Source of the DNA: Myxococcales bacterium
GTDB taxonomy: Bacteria > Myxococcota_A > Bradymonadia > UBA7976 > UBA1532
Reading direction: 5' to 3'
NCBI GenBank assembly: GCA_020633465.1
Contig: JACKDN010000004.1
Location: forward strand, 130,290-194,289
Length of the DNA stretch: 64,000 nucleotides
The notes beneath the pieces were generated by a model. The model did not search any database, had not been told where the DNA came from, and was given only the letters and a program-made list of their open reading frames with translations. The position numbers were made by a program, and so were the translations under genes. This document shows, piece by piece, positions 46,903 through 55,100 of this stretch. Within the stretch, counting starts at the first letter, position 1, and every line of letters starts with the position of its first letter.

Positions 46903-48398
46903 CCGTCGTCGTGGCCGAGCACGTCGCTCTCGGCCAGGTACACCAAGCGCGCCCCCGGCGGCACCGGCGCGTCGTCGGGGGGGTTCAGCACGTCCTCGCC
47001 GTCGATGTTCAGCCCCAACAGCAGCACGCCGCGCGCCGCCTTCAGCGCCCGCGCCGCGTCGCCGAAGGTCACGTCCTCCCCCAGGTCGGCCGGCCGCGGC
47101 CCGACGAACAGGCTCTGCGACTCGGCCGACGCGACGCGCCCCAGGATGGCGGCCGTGCCGGGCTGCGCGATCGCGTGCGTCAACAGGCTGTAACCCACCC
47201 GCGTCGTCTCGATCACCTCGTCGCACCCGGCCGCCTGCGCGTGGTCGACGTTCTCGGGGTCGAGGATCTCGGCGACGACGTAAAGCGGCCGCCGCGGCGC
47301 GGGCAGGTTCTTCGCCTTCATGTACCGGCGCAGCGTGAACACGGTCAGCAGCGTGATGGCGTCGGCCTGCTGCGGCAGCAGGTCGCGCGCGCCCACCACC
47401 AGCACCCCGTAGGCGTGCGTCAGCCGCACCTTGTCCAGCTCGCTCTCCTTGGTGGGATCGCCGGACACCCACGTGAACTCGGAGGGCAGGTCGTCGGGCC
47501 GCTCGCCCCGCGCGAAGATGACCACCTCCATCCGCCGCAGGTGCGGCTCGGCGAGGATCGCGTTGACCAGCTGATGCGCGCCCGGCTGATAGCCGCACAC
47601 GATCAGGTGGTTGACGTGGGTGTTCATGCGGAACTGCTCCTGTCGGATGCCGAGCACGACGCTCAACAGCGTGTGGCCCACGATGCCGGCGAACATGGCC
47701 AGGGTGAACATGCCGGCCACCATCAGCACGCCGCCGACGATCCGCCCCATGCCGCTCTGCGGCGTGATGTCGCCGAAGCCGACCGTCGTGAGGGTGACGA
47801 CCGCCCACCAGATGCCGTCGCCCAGGGTGCCGATGGCCGGGTTGCTGCCGCGCTCGACGAGGTAGATCGACAGGCCGCCCACCAGCGCGCTGATGCCGAA
47901 CATCGACAGGCCGAAGGCGAACAGCAGGCGGTTCTCTTCGACGGCGCGGGCCAGGCCCCCGAAGGGGTTGCTGTACTTGAACACCTTGGCGGTGCGCACC
48001 AGGCGCAGCAGCCGCAGCGCGCGCAGGCCGCGCAGCTCGGGCACCAGCGCGACGACGGCCAGCAGGTCGATCACGATCAGCGGGTGCGCGCAGAAGCGCA
48101 GGCGCCCCAGGACGTGGGTGCGCAGCCGACGCGCGGGCCCATAGTCGAAGAAGTCGAGCGCCGGCGGGCGATAGGTGGCGATGCGCAGCCCGACCTCGGC
48201 GGCGAAGACGACGAGGATGGCGTGATCGAACAGCGCCAGCCAGCGGACGACCGGGTGGTCGCTGCCGAGGCCGATCTCCACGCCGATGAAGATGGCCGAC
48301 ACCAGGATGAGCCCGTAGATGGCCCACTCCACCGCCCGGTAGGCGCGCGTCGAGGGGTCGTGAAACGCCGGGCGCAGGGTCTCGAGGACGGGGTGCAT
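46887..48398 (-). CDS. voltage-sensor-type K+ channel with C-terminal RCK/TrkA-like domains
   Basis: S4-like LRGLRALRLLRLVR. Selectivity filter TLTTVGFGDITP. C-terminal NHLIVCGYQPG Rossmann-like RCK domain. ATG at 48398. Confidence 0.85.
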   Translation of the reverse strand: MHPVLETLRPAFHDPSTRAYRAVEWAIYGLILVSAIFIGVEIGLGSDHPVVRWLALFDHAILVVFAAEVGLRIATYRPPALDFFDYGPARRLRTHVLGRLRFCAHPLIVIDLLAVVALVPELRGLRALRLLRLVRTAKVFKYSNPFGGLARAVEENRLLFAFGLSMFGISALVGGLSIYLVERGSNPAIGTLGDGIWWAVVTLTTVGFGDITPQSGMGRIVGGVLMVAGMFTLAMFAGIVGHTLLSVVLGIRQEQFRMNTHVNHLIVCGYQPGAHQLVNAILAEPHLRRMEVVIFARGERPDDLPSEFTWVSGDPTKESELDKVRLTHAYGVLVVGARDLLPQQADAITLLTVFTLRRYMKAKNLPAPRRPLYVVAEILDPENVDHAQAAGCDEVIETTRVGYSLLTHAIAQPGTAAILGRVASAESQSLFVGPRPADLGEDVTFGDAARALKAARGVLLLGLNIDGEDVLNPPDDAPVPPGARLVYLAESDVLGHDDGYRVP

Positions 48399-48468
48399 CG
48401 GCGCGGACGATATCACGGGGGGCACGCGGCGGCTTGATCGCGCGCCCGCGCCGACCGATGTTCTTCCC

Positions 48469-49447
48469 ATGGCCGGCTGCACCGACTGCCCCCGCGCATG
48501 CGCCGCGCGCGGGCCCGACAGCTACTGCGGCACGTCGCGCCCGGGGCGGGTGTTCTGGCGCGGCGTGACGCTGCTCGAAGAGCACGCCATCAGCCCGACC
48601 TACGAGATCTACTTCACCGGCTGCAGCCTGCGCTGCCGCTTCTGCACCGTGCCCGACGCGCTGTACGCGCCCGACCTCGGCGAGTGGATGCCGGCCGAGG
48701 CGCTGGCGCGCGACGTGGCCGACGCGCGGCACCCGCCCTTCAACGCGGTGTCGCTGGTGGGGGGCGATCCCACGGTCAACCTGCCCTACGTGCGCGATCT
48801 GGTGCCGGCGCTGCGGCGCTGGGTGCCGACGGCCGACCTGGTGCTGAACACCAACCTCTTCGTGGCGCTGCATCACGTGCCCTGGTTGGCCGAGGCCTTC
48901 GACTGGATCGTCGGCGACGTCCACTTCTGGCGGCCGGCGTGCGCCGGGCCGCTGGCCGGATCGCGCGACTACCCCGCCGCGGCGGTGGCCGCGGCCGAGG
49001 CCTTCGCGGCGGCGGGGGCCCGCGTGATCCTGCGCGTGCTCGTGCTGCCCGGCCACCTCGACTGCTGCGCGGCGCCGACGGTCGCGTGGGCGGCCGCCCT
49101 GCCCGGCGACGTGCAGGTGCACGTGATGACGCACTACGCGCCGGCCGGCCGCGCGCGCGGCCACGCCGAGCTGGGCCGCGCGTTGACCGACGCCGAGGTC
49201 GCCGCGGCCCGGCGCTGCTGCTGCCGCCGGCGCCCGCGCGCCCGACGCCGCGCCGCGCCCCGTCGCCGCGCGGCCGACCACCGCCGAGGATCCCGCGGTG
49301 CCCTTCGAGGTCGGCCCCGACGGCCGCGTCCTGTTCCCCTTCGTCACCGGCGACCTGCTGCCGGTGGTCGCCGATCTGCAGCCGGCGCTGCGCGACCGAT
49401 TGAGCTACCTTGGAACCGCCGCCCCCGCGGCGCTGTCGACCGAGTAG
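48469..49447 (+). CDS. PflX-type (pyruvate formate-lyase activase-like) radical SAM protein; C-terminal region is in a different frame
   Basis: N-terminal CTDCPRAC...YCG, then the radical-SAM motif CSLRCRFC. After about 49205 the high-GC3 coding frame is the one ending at TAG 49445-47. The as-sequenced frame reads RRCCCRRRPRARRR... with poor GC3 and runs into the AAA gene. Confidence 0.65.
49298..49447 (+). CDS. alternative reading: separate 49-aa ORF between the radical SAM and AAA+ genes
   Basis: GTG 49298 lies 7 nt after GAGGA. (M)PFEVGPDGRVLFPFVTGDLLPVVADLQPALRDRLSYLGTAAPAALSTE. Strong third-position GC. That frame is open only from 49187. It is either this ORF or the C-terminal extension of the rSAM gene, not both. 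Confidence 0.3.
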   Translation: MPFEVGPDGRVLFPFVTGDLLPVVADLQPALRDRLSYLGTAAPAALSTE

Positions 49448-49449
49448 AC

Positions 49450-50919
49450 ATGCCCGCCGAACTCGACCTGCTGCTGCGCGCGCGCTACCCGCTGATCTGG
49501 CTCGACACGCCCGAGGAGCAGCGCGCGATCGACCTCATCTGCCAGACGGCCACGCGCCTGGGTGATCCCGTGTGCGGCTGGTCGAGCACCTTCGGCCTGC
49601 ACGACCTGCCCGGGCCCCCGAAGGGCGGCAGCCACCAGAGCCCCTCGGCCGTCGTCCAGCACCTGGTGGCCCACGATCGCCGAGCCCTGTGGGTGCTGCA
49701 CGATCTCGGCGAGTTCCTCACCCACGATCCGGCCCTGCAGCGCGCCCTGCGCGACGCCGCGCACGCCGCCCGCCAGCGCGGCGCGGTGATCGTCGTCACC
49801 GGCAACGGCACCGCCCTGCCCCGCAGCCTGCAGGGCATCGCCGCGGTGCACCGCCTCGCCCTGCCCGAGCGCGGCGACCAGGTGCGCCAGCTGCACCAGG
49901 TGGCCGCCCAGTGCAACGTCCGCCTCGACGCCGAGCACGCCCGCCGCCTGGCCACGGCCACCCTGGGCCTGACCCTCGAGCAGGCCGAGAACATCTGGGC
50001 GCGCATCCACGCCTCGGGCGGCCGCTTCGACGGCGGCGACCTGCCCCAGGTGCTGGCCGAGAAGGCCCGCATCGTCCGCGAGACCGGCTTCCTCGACTTC
50101 GTCCCCCCGGCGCGGCTGGAGGACATCGGCGGGCTGGCGCACCTGAAGGCCTGGCTGTCGCGCCGCCAGGTCGCGTTCACCGACCAGGCCCGCGCCCAGG
50201 GCCTGCCCTTCCCGCGCGGCGTCCTGCTGGTGGGCGTGCAGGGCTGCGGCAAGTCGCTCACCGCGAAGGCCGTCGCAGGCCTTTGGGGCCAGCCCCTGCT
50301 GCGGCTGGACGTCGGCGCGCTGATGGAGGGCTTCGTCGGCGCCAGCGAGGGCAACCTGCGGCGCGCCCTCGACCTGGCCGATCGCATCGCGCCCTGCGTG
50401 CTGTGGGTCGACGAGATCGAGAAGGCGCTCACCGGCCTGCGCAGCAGCAACGACGGCGGCGTGCTGACGCGCATGTTCGGCTCGATGCTGACCTGGATGC
50501 AGGAGAAGACGACGCCCACCTTCGTGCTGGCGACGGCGAACTCGATCGAGGGGCTGCCCCCCGAGTTCCTGCGCAAGGGCCGCTTCGACGAGATCTTCTT
50601 CGTCGACCTGCCCGACGCCGGCCAGCGCGCGGACATCTGGCGCATCCACCTCGAGGCGCGGGCGAAGGCCAGCGGCGACGCGGCGCTGCTGCAGCGGACC
50701 GATCTGCGCGACCTGGCCGCCCAGTCCGAGGGGTACAGCGGCGCCGAGATCGCGGCGGCCGTGGTCGAGGGCGCCTTCGAGGCGCTGACCGCCGGCGAGC
50801 CTCTGCAAGGCCACCACGTCACCCGCGCGCTGGCCGCCTCGCCGCCCCTGTCCCGACTGCACGCCGAGTCGCTCGAGGCGCTGCGCGCCTGGGCGCGCGG
50901 CCGCGCCCGGAGCGCCTGA
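49450..50919 (+). CDS. Ycf46-like classical AAA+ ATPase
   Basis: The ATG lies 2 nt after the preceding TAG. Walker A GVQGCGKSLTAKAVA, Walker B CVLWVDEIEK, SRH FVLATANSIEGLPPEFLRKGRFDEIFFVDLP. Confidence 0.85.
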   Translation: MPAELDLLLRARYPLIWLDTPEEQRAIDLICQTATRLGDPVCGWSSTFGLHDLPGPPKGGSHQSPSAVVQHLVAHDRRALWVLHDLGEFLTHDPALQRALRDAAHAARQRGAVIVVTGNGTALPRSLQGIAAVHRLALPERGDQVRQLHQVAAQCNVRLDAEHARRLATATLGLTLEQAENIWARIHASGGRFDGGDLPQVLAEKARIVRETGFLDFVPPARLEDIGGLAHLKAWLSRRQVAFTDQARAQGLPFPRGVLLVGVQGCGKSLTAKAVAGLWGQPLLRLDVGALMEGFVGASEGNLRRALDLADRIAPCVLWVDEIEKALTGLRSSNDGGVLTRMFGSMLTWMQEKTTPTFVLATANSIEGLPPEFLRKGRFDEIFFVDLPDAGQRADIWRIHLEARAKASGDAALLQRTDLRDLAAQSEGYSGAEIAAAVVEGAFEALTAGEPLQGHHVTRALAASPPLSRLHAESLEALRAWARGRARSA

Positions 50920-50920
50920 C

Positions 50921-51406
50921 ATGAGCGTCGTCGTCACCGTCGCCGCGGCCGGCGCCGTCACCGTCGCCGCCCCCATCTTGAGCGCCATCGCCGCCACCGC
51001 CGCCGCGACGCTGGGCCTGAAGGCGCTGGCCGAGGTCGAGGCCGAGCAGCGGCTGGGCGCCGAGGCGCGCGCGTCCGCCCGCAACGAGGCCCGCATCGAG
51101 GCGCGCGTGGCGCAAGAGGCCGCCCTGAGCGAGTTGGTGGCCGACCGCTGCACGCTGCACTTCGGCGACGACCAGATCACGCTCATCGTCCAGCGCGACA
51201 TCCGCGGCCGCCTGACGATCGTCGCGCACGGCGAGCTGCCCGCCACACAGCTCCGCGCGCGCGCCGAACAGCTCCTGGGGCTGATCCAGCAGCAGGTGGC
51301 CTATCGCAACGTCGTGCAGAAGATGAAGGCGCACGGCTTCGCGGTGGACGCCGAGCAGCGGCTCGAGGACGGCACGGCGCGCGTGCGCCTGAAGCTGAAG
51401 CGATGA
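50921..51406 (+). CDS. DUF1257 (Ycf35)-like protein with Ala-rich hydrophobic N-terminus
   Basis: The ATG lies 1 nt after the AAA gene stop. The C-terminus QQQVAYRNVVQKMKAHGFAVDAEQRLEDGTARVRLKLKR resembles the DUF1257 C-terminal signature as I remember it. The N-terminal 35 aa are hydrophobic. Confidence 0.5.
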   Translation: MSVVVTVAAAGAVTVAAPILSAIAATAAATLGLKALAEVEAEQRLGAEARASARNEARIEARVAQEAALSELVADRCTLHFGDDQITLIVQRDIRGRLTIVAHGELPATQLRARAEQLLGLIQQQVAYRNVVQKMKAHGFAVDAEQRLEDGTARVRLKLKR

Positions 51407-52179
51407 GCCGCTTCCAGCACATCGGCGGCGACGCGCCGACCGCGCCCACCCCGCGCGGGGCGGCCGCGCCGGTGCGGGGCTACGCCGACTTCATGGCCGA
51501 GGCCGACGGCGCGCTGCGGCGCGGCCGCTTCGAGGCGGCGCTGCGCTGGTACGGGCGCGCCCTCGAGGAGGATCGCGCGCAGCCCGAGCCCTGGTGCGGC
51601 CAGGTGCGGGCGCTGATCGAGATGGCGCAGCCCCTCGAGGCGCTGACCTGGCTGGAGCAGGCGCAGCGGGTGGTGGGTGAGTCGCCCCAGCTGCTGGGCT
51701 TGTGGGCCATCGCGACCGCGCGCACGGGCGCGCTCGACGACGCGCTCGCGTGGTGCGACCGGGCGATGAAGGCCGGCCCGGACGCGCCCGAGGTGTGGCT
51801 GGCGCGCGCCGAGGTGCTGTACCTCAACCGGCAGGGGCGGCTGGCGCCGGCGACGCTGGACAAGGCGCACGAGCGGGCGCCCGGGCCCGAGACGGCGCGG
51901 CGCTGCGCCGAGGTGGCGCTGACCGCGGCCGATCTGCCGACGGCGCGCGGATGGCTCGAGCGCGCGGTGCGGGCCGCGCCCGACGATCCGCTGGTGGCGC
52001 TGCGCTTCGGGGTCTACTGGGACGCCGCGGGTCACCCCGAGCGCGCGCACCGCGAGCTGACCCGCGCCCTGGCGTTGGAGCCCGGGCTGGAGCCCGCGCG
52101 CCTGGCCCTCGACAGCCTGGGCAGCCCCGGCCTGCTCGACCGGGCGCGCGCGGCGTGGCGGAGGTGGACGCGTGGCTGA
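51403..52179 (+). CDS. TPR-repeat protein
   Basis: ATGA overlap with the upstream gene. Repeats such as FEAALRWYGRALEEDRAQPEPW and LDDALAWCDRAMKAGPDAPEVW. Confidence 0.65.
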   Translation: MSRFQHIGGDAPTAPTPRGAAAPVRGYADFMAEADGALRRGRFEAALRWYGRALEEDRAQPEPWCGQVRALIEMAQPLEALTWLEQAQRVVGESPQLLGLWAIATARTGALDDALAWCDRAMKAGPDAPEVWLARAEVLYLNRQGRLAPATLDKAHERAPGPETARRCAEVALTAADLPTARGWLERAVRAAPDDPLVALRFGVYWDAAGHPERAHRELTRALALEPGLEPARLALDSLGSPGLLDRARAAWRRWTRG

Positions 52180-52396
52180 CGATCCGGTGATCGACCTGGA
52201 GATCCTGCCCGACGGCACGGTGCGCTTCGAGATCGACGGCGTGGCCGGCGAGGACTGCGAGGCGCTCGAGCGCCTGGTGCTCGAGGCGCTGGGCGGCGAG
52301 GTCGTGTCGCGCGAGCGCACCCGCGCCTTCTACGCGCGCACCGGCGCGAAGACCGGCGTGGCCCAGCGGCTGCGCAGCCTGCTGAAGCGGGGTTGA
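52172..52396 (+). CDS. DUF2997-like small protein
   Basis: GTG 52172 overlaps the TPR gene by 8 nt. IDLEILPDGTVRFEIDGVAGEDCEALERLVLEALGGEVVSRERTRAFY fits the DUF2997 pattern (I-x-F-x-I-x-PDG-x-V...G-x-x-G-x-x-C...LG...T-x-EYY) from memory. Confidence 0.6.
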   Translation: MADDPVIDLEILPDGTVRFEIDGVAGEDCEALERLVLEALGGEVVSRERTRAFYARTGAKTGVAQRLRSLLKRG

Positions 52397-52457
52397 GTGA
52401 GCAGGGCGTCGCGCGTCGAGGGGTCGAGGCGCCCCGAGCGGGCAGCAGGCGCCTGAC

Positions 52458-53432
52458 GTGGAGTGCCCGCGCTGCCGCGAGGACAACATGCCCGGGGCGG
52501 TGGCGTGCCTGGGCTGCGGGCAGCCGATGGACGCGCCGGTCGAGGCGCCGCCCAGCTTGGTGCCGCGGGTGCGGTCCGCCGACCCCCTCGGCGTGTCGCC
52601 GCCCCGTCCGCAGGCGCCGCCCCGCGATCCCTACGCACACCTGCGCGAGCGGGTCGACCGACTGCCCTCGGAGTCCCTCGGCGTGGCCCTGGGGGGTCTG
52701 GTGGCGGGCAGCATCCCGGGCTGGCAGGCCGGACGGCGCGGCGACCCGCGCGGGGCGGCGCTGCGGCTCGCCGCGGTGGTGGCGCCGCTCACCCTGATGC
52801 CGCTCGCGTGGCGCACCGACATGCTGCCCTGGCTGGGGTGGTTCGCGGCGTTGGGCTGGGCCTGGAGCCTCGCCGAGGGCGCCCATGATGCGCTGGACCC
52901 GCCGCCGGGCCTGGCCGGCTGGGTCGCCGCTTCGGCGCTCGCCGCGGCGGGCGTCCTCGGGCTGTACGCGGCAGCACGCGGCGCCCTCGACCTCTGGCGA
53001 CCCCCGGTGATCGTCGTCTACGATCTGCCCCGCTTCCCCCACGGCGTCATCCGGGTGCGTCCGCTCGACGCCCTGCCGGCGCCGGGCACGCTGGTCGCCG
53101 CCCGCCCCGCGAACACGCCGCTGCTGGTGACGCCCGTGCTGGCCGGGCCGGGCCAGGTCGTCGGGCTGGGCCACGACGGCGGCGGCGTGCACTTCGTGGT
53201 CGACGGCGCGCCCAGCGAGGTCGTACCGCTGCGCCCGCTGTACGGCGACATCGTCACGCCGCGCACCCATCAGGTGCCCGCCGACCGGGTGATGCTGTAC
53301 GAATGGCCGGTGCGCATCGTGGCGCTCGACGACATCCTCGGCGAGGTCGTCTGGCGCTGGACGCCCGCCGAGCTGCGCGGGCCGGTCATCTGGCCGCCGC
53401 CCGCCGAGGACACCGGAGACGCCGCCGAATGA
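52458..53432 (+). CDS. zinc-ribbon / multi-TM / degenerate S26 (signal-peptidase-I-like) domain protein
   Basis: Zinc ribbon ECPRCREDNMPGAVACLGCG. About four TM segments. The C-terminus GTLVAARP...VTPVLAGPGQVV...VVDGAP...VPADRVMLYEW...LGEVVWRWTP parallels S26 strands, but I see no SM-x-P Ser/Lys catalytic motifs. Confidence 0.55.
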   Translation: MECPRCREDNMPGAVACLGCGQPMDAPVEAPPSLVPRVRSADPLGVSPPRPQAPPRDPYAHLRERVDRLPSESLGVALGGLVAGSIPGWQAGRRGDPRGAALRLAAVVAPLTLMPLAWRTDMLPWLGWFAALGWAWSLAEGAHDALDPPPGLAGWVAASALAAAGVLGLYAAARGALDLWRPPVIVVYDLPRFPHGVIRVRPLDALPAPGTLVAARPANTPLLVTPVLAGPGQVVGLGHDGGGVHFVVDGAPSEVVPLRPLYGDIVTPRTHQVPADRVMLYEWPVRIVALDDILGEVVWRWTPAELRGPVIWPPPAEDTGDAAE

Positions 53433-54487
53433 CGCTCGACCTGACCGACCTGATGCGCGAGGCCATGCAGCGGGGCGCGAGCGACGTGCACCTGCTGACG
53501 CACCAGCCGCCCGCCTTCCGCGTGCACGGGGCCATCGAGCTGTCGCCGCGGCCGGCGGTGGACGAGGCGACGCTGACGCGCGCGCTCGACGCCATCCTCA
53601 CCGAGGCGCAGCGGGCGGAGTGGTTCACGCGCAAGCAGCTCTGCTTCAGCTGGACGCTGCCCGAGCTGGGCTACTTCCGGGTCAGCGTCTACAGCCACAT
53701 GGGGCGCATGGAGGCGGCCATCCGCATCGGCCAGCGGCAGGTGCCCGCCTTCGACGAGCTGGGGCTGCCCGAGGTGCTGGCCGAGCTGGCCTACAAGCCC
53801 TACGGCCTGGTGCTGGTCACCGGGCCGACCGGCGTGGGCAAGACGACCACGCTCAACGCCATCCTCGGGCGGGTGAACGCCGAGGCCCGCAAGAAGATCA
53901 TCACCATCGAGGATCCCGTCGAGTTCCTGATGCCCTCGGGCAAGTCGCTGGTGGTGCAGCAGGAGGTCGGGCTCGACTGCGACAGCTTCGGCGCGGCCTT
54001 GCGCCACGCGCTGCGGCAGGATCCCGACATCCTGTGCATCGGCGAGCTGCGCGACCTCGAGACGATCGCCGCCGCGCTGACCGCCGCCGAGACGGGGCAC
54101 GTGGTGTTCGGCACGCTGCACACGACGGGGGCCGCGGGCACCATCTCGCGCATCGTCGATGTGTTCCCGGCGAACCAGCAGAACCACGTGCGCAGCCAGC
54201 TGGCCCACGTGCTGCGCGCGACGATGAGTCAGCGCCTGCTGCCCCGGGCCGACGGCGACGGGCGGGTGCTGGTGTACGAGCTGATGCTGGCGACGGACGC
54301 CGTGCGCAACGTCATCCGCGACGGGCGCCTGCACCAGCTGGGCACCGTGCTGCAGACGGGGCAGGCGCAGGGGCAGGTGCGGGTCGACGACATGGTGCGC
54401 GACGCCTGGCTGGCGGGGGACATCACCTACGAGACGGCGCACGGCGCGGTGACCGATCCCGGCGTGCTGCAAGCGGCCCGCCGCTGA
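53429..54487 (+). CDS. PilT-family hexameric ATPase
   Basis: ATGA overlap with the upstream gene. Walker A GPTGVGKTTT, Asp box IITIEDPVEF, Walker B DPDILCIGELRD, His box GHVVFGTLHT. Confidence 0.85.
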   Translation: MTLDLTDLMREAMQRGASDVHLLTHQPPAFRVHGAIELSPRPAVDEATLTRALDAILTEAQRAEWFTRKQLCFSWTLPELGYFRVSVYSHMGRMEAAIRIGQRQVPAFDELGLPEVLAELAYKPYGLVLVTGPTGVGKTTTLNAILGRVNAEARKKIITIEDPVEFLMPSGKSLVVQQEVGLDCDSFGAALRHALRQDPDILCIGELRDLETIAAALTAAETGHVVFGTLHTTGAAGTISRIVDVFPANQQNHVRSQLAHVLRATMSQRLLPRADGDGRVLVYELMLATDAVRNVIRDGRLHQLGTVLQTGQAQGQVRVDDMVRDAWLAGDITYETAHGAVTDPGVLQAARR

Positions 54488-54518
54488 CGGGCAGCGCTTC
54501 CGAATCGGGAGGTGCGAC

Positions 54519-54547
54519 TTGCCTTTTTCCACATTTGCTGCAATATT
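54519..54547 (+). promoter_or_regulatory. candidate sigma-70-type promoter (TTGCCT-N17-AATATT)
   Basis: Lies in the most AT-rich stretch of the window, about 120 nt upstream of the glyoxalase I start. Based on hexamers and spacing only. Confidence 0.3.
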
Positions 54548-54667
54548 TCAGCCCGGCAGGTCGCGCAGAACGGGCCCTGGAGGACACCGAGCAGCGACCG
54601 ACGACGACGGGCTTTCACCCGCCCCTCTCACTGGGTAAGGATCACGCATCACGGGTTCGAGGCTGGC

Positions 54668-55093
54668 ATGCGTTTCCTGCACACGATGATTCGGGTCTAC
54701 GACCTCGAGGCCGCCCTCGCGTTCTTCTGCGGCGCGCTCGGCCTGCGCGAGGTGCGCCGCCGCGACTCGGAGAAGGGGCGCTTCACCCTGGTCTTCCTCG
54801 AGACCGGCGCCGAGGGTGACACCGCCCAGCTCGAGCTGACCCACAACTGGGACGAGGACGCGCCCTACACCGTCGGCCGCAACTTCGGGCACGTGGCCTT
54901 CGCCGTGGACGACATCTACGCCACCTGCGCCCGCCTGCAGGACGCGGGCGTCACCATCCTGCGCCCGCCCCGCGACGGCTACATGGCCTTCGTCCGCAGC
55001 CCCGACCAGATCTCGGTCGAGCTGCTGCAGCGCGGCGATCCCCAGCCCCCCTGCGAGCCGTGGGCGTCGATGCCCAACCAGGGCACCTGGTGA
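54668..55093 (+). CDS. gloA: lactoylglutathione lyase (glyoxalase I)
   Basis: [20 protein letters not shown]...FTLVFLE...LELTHNWD...[31 protein letters not shown]...[15 protein letters not shown]. Confidence 0.85.
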   Translation: MRFLHTMIRVYDLEAALAFFCGALGLREVRRRDSEKGRFTLVFLETGAEGDTAQLELTHNWDEDAPYTVGRNFGHVAFAVDDIYATCARLQDAGVTILRPPRDGYMAFVRSPDQISVELLQRGDPQPPCEPWASMPNQGTW

Positions 55094-55100
55094 CGCCCGG

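Noticed and set aside
48469-50919. A single 816-aa radical-SAM/AAA+ fusion protein, as the as-sequenced frame suggests.
   Set aside because: The approximately 80-aa 'linker' (RRCCCRRRPRARRR...) has poor third-position GC, whereas an alternate frame has strong GC3 and ends at TAG 49445-47, 2 nt before a good AAA+ ATG. A real fusion cannot be fully excluded without the reads.
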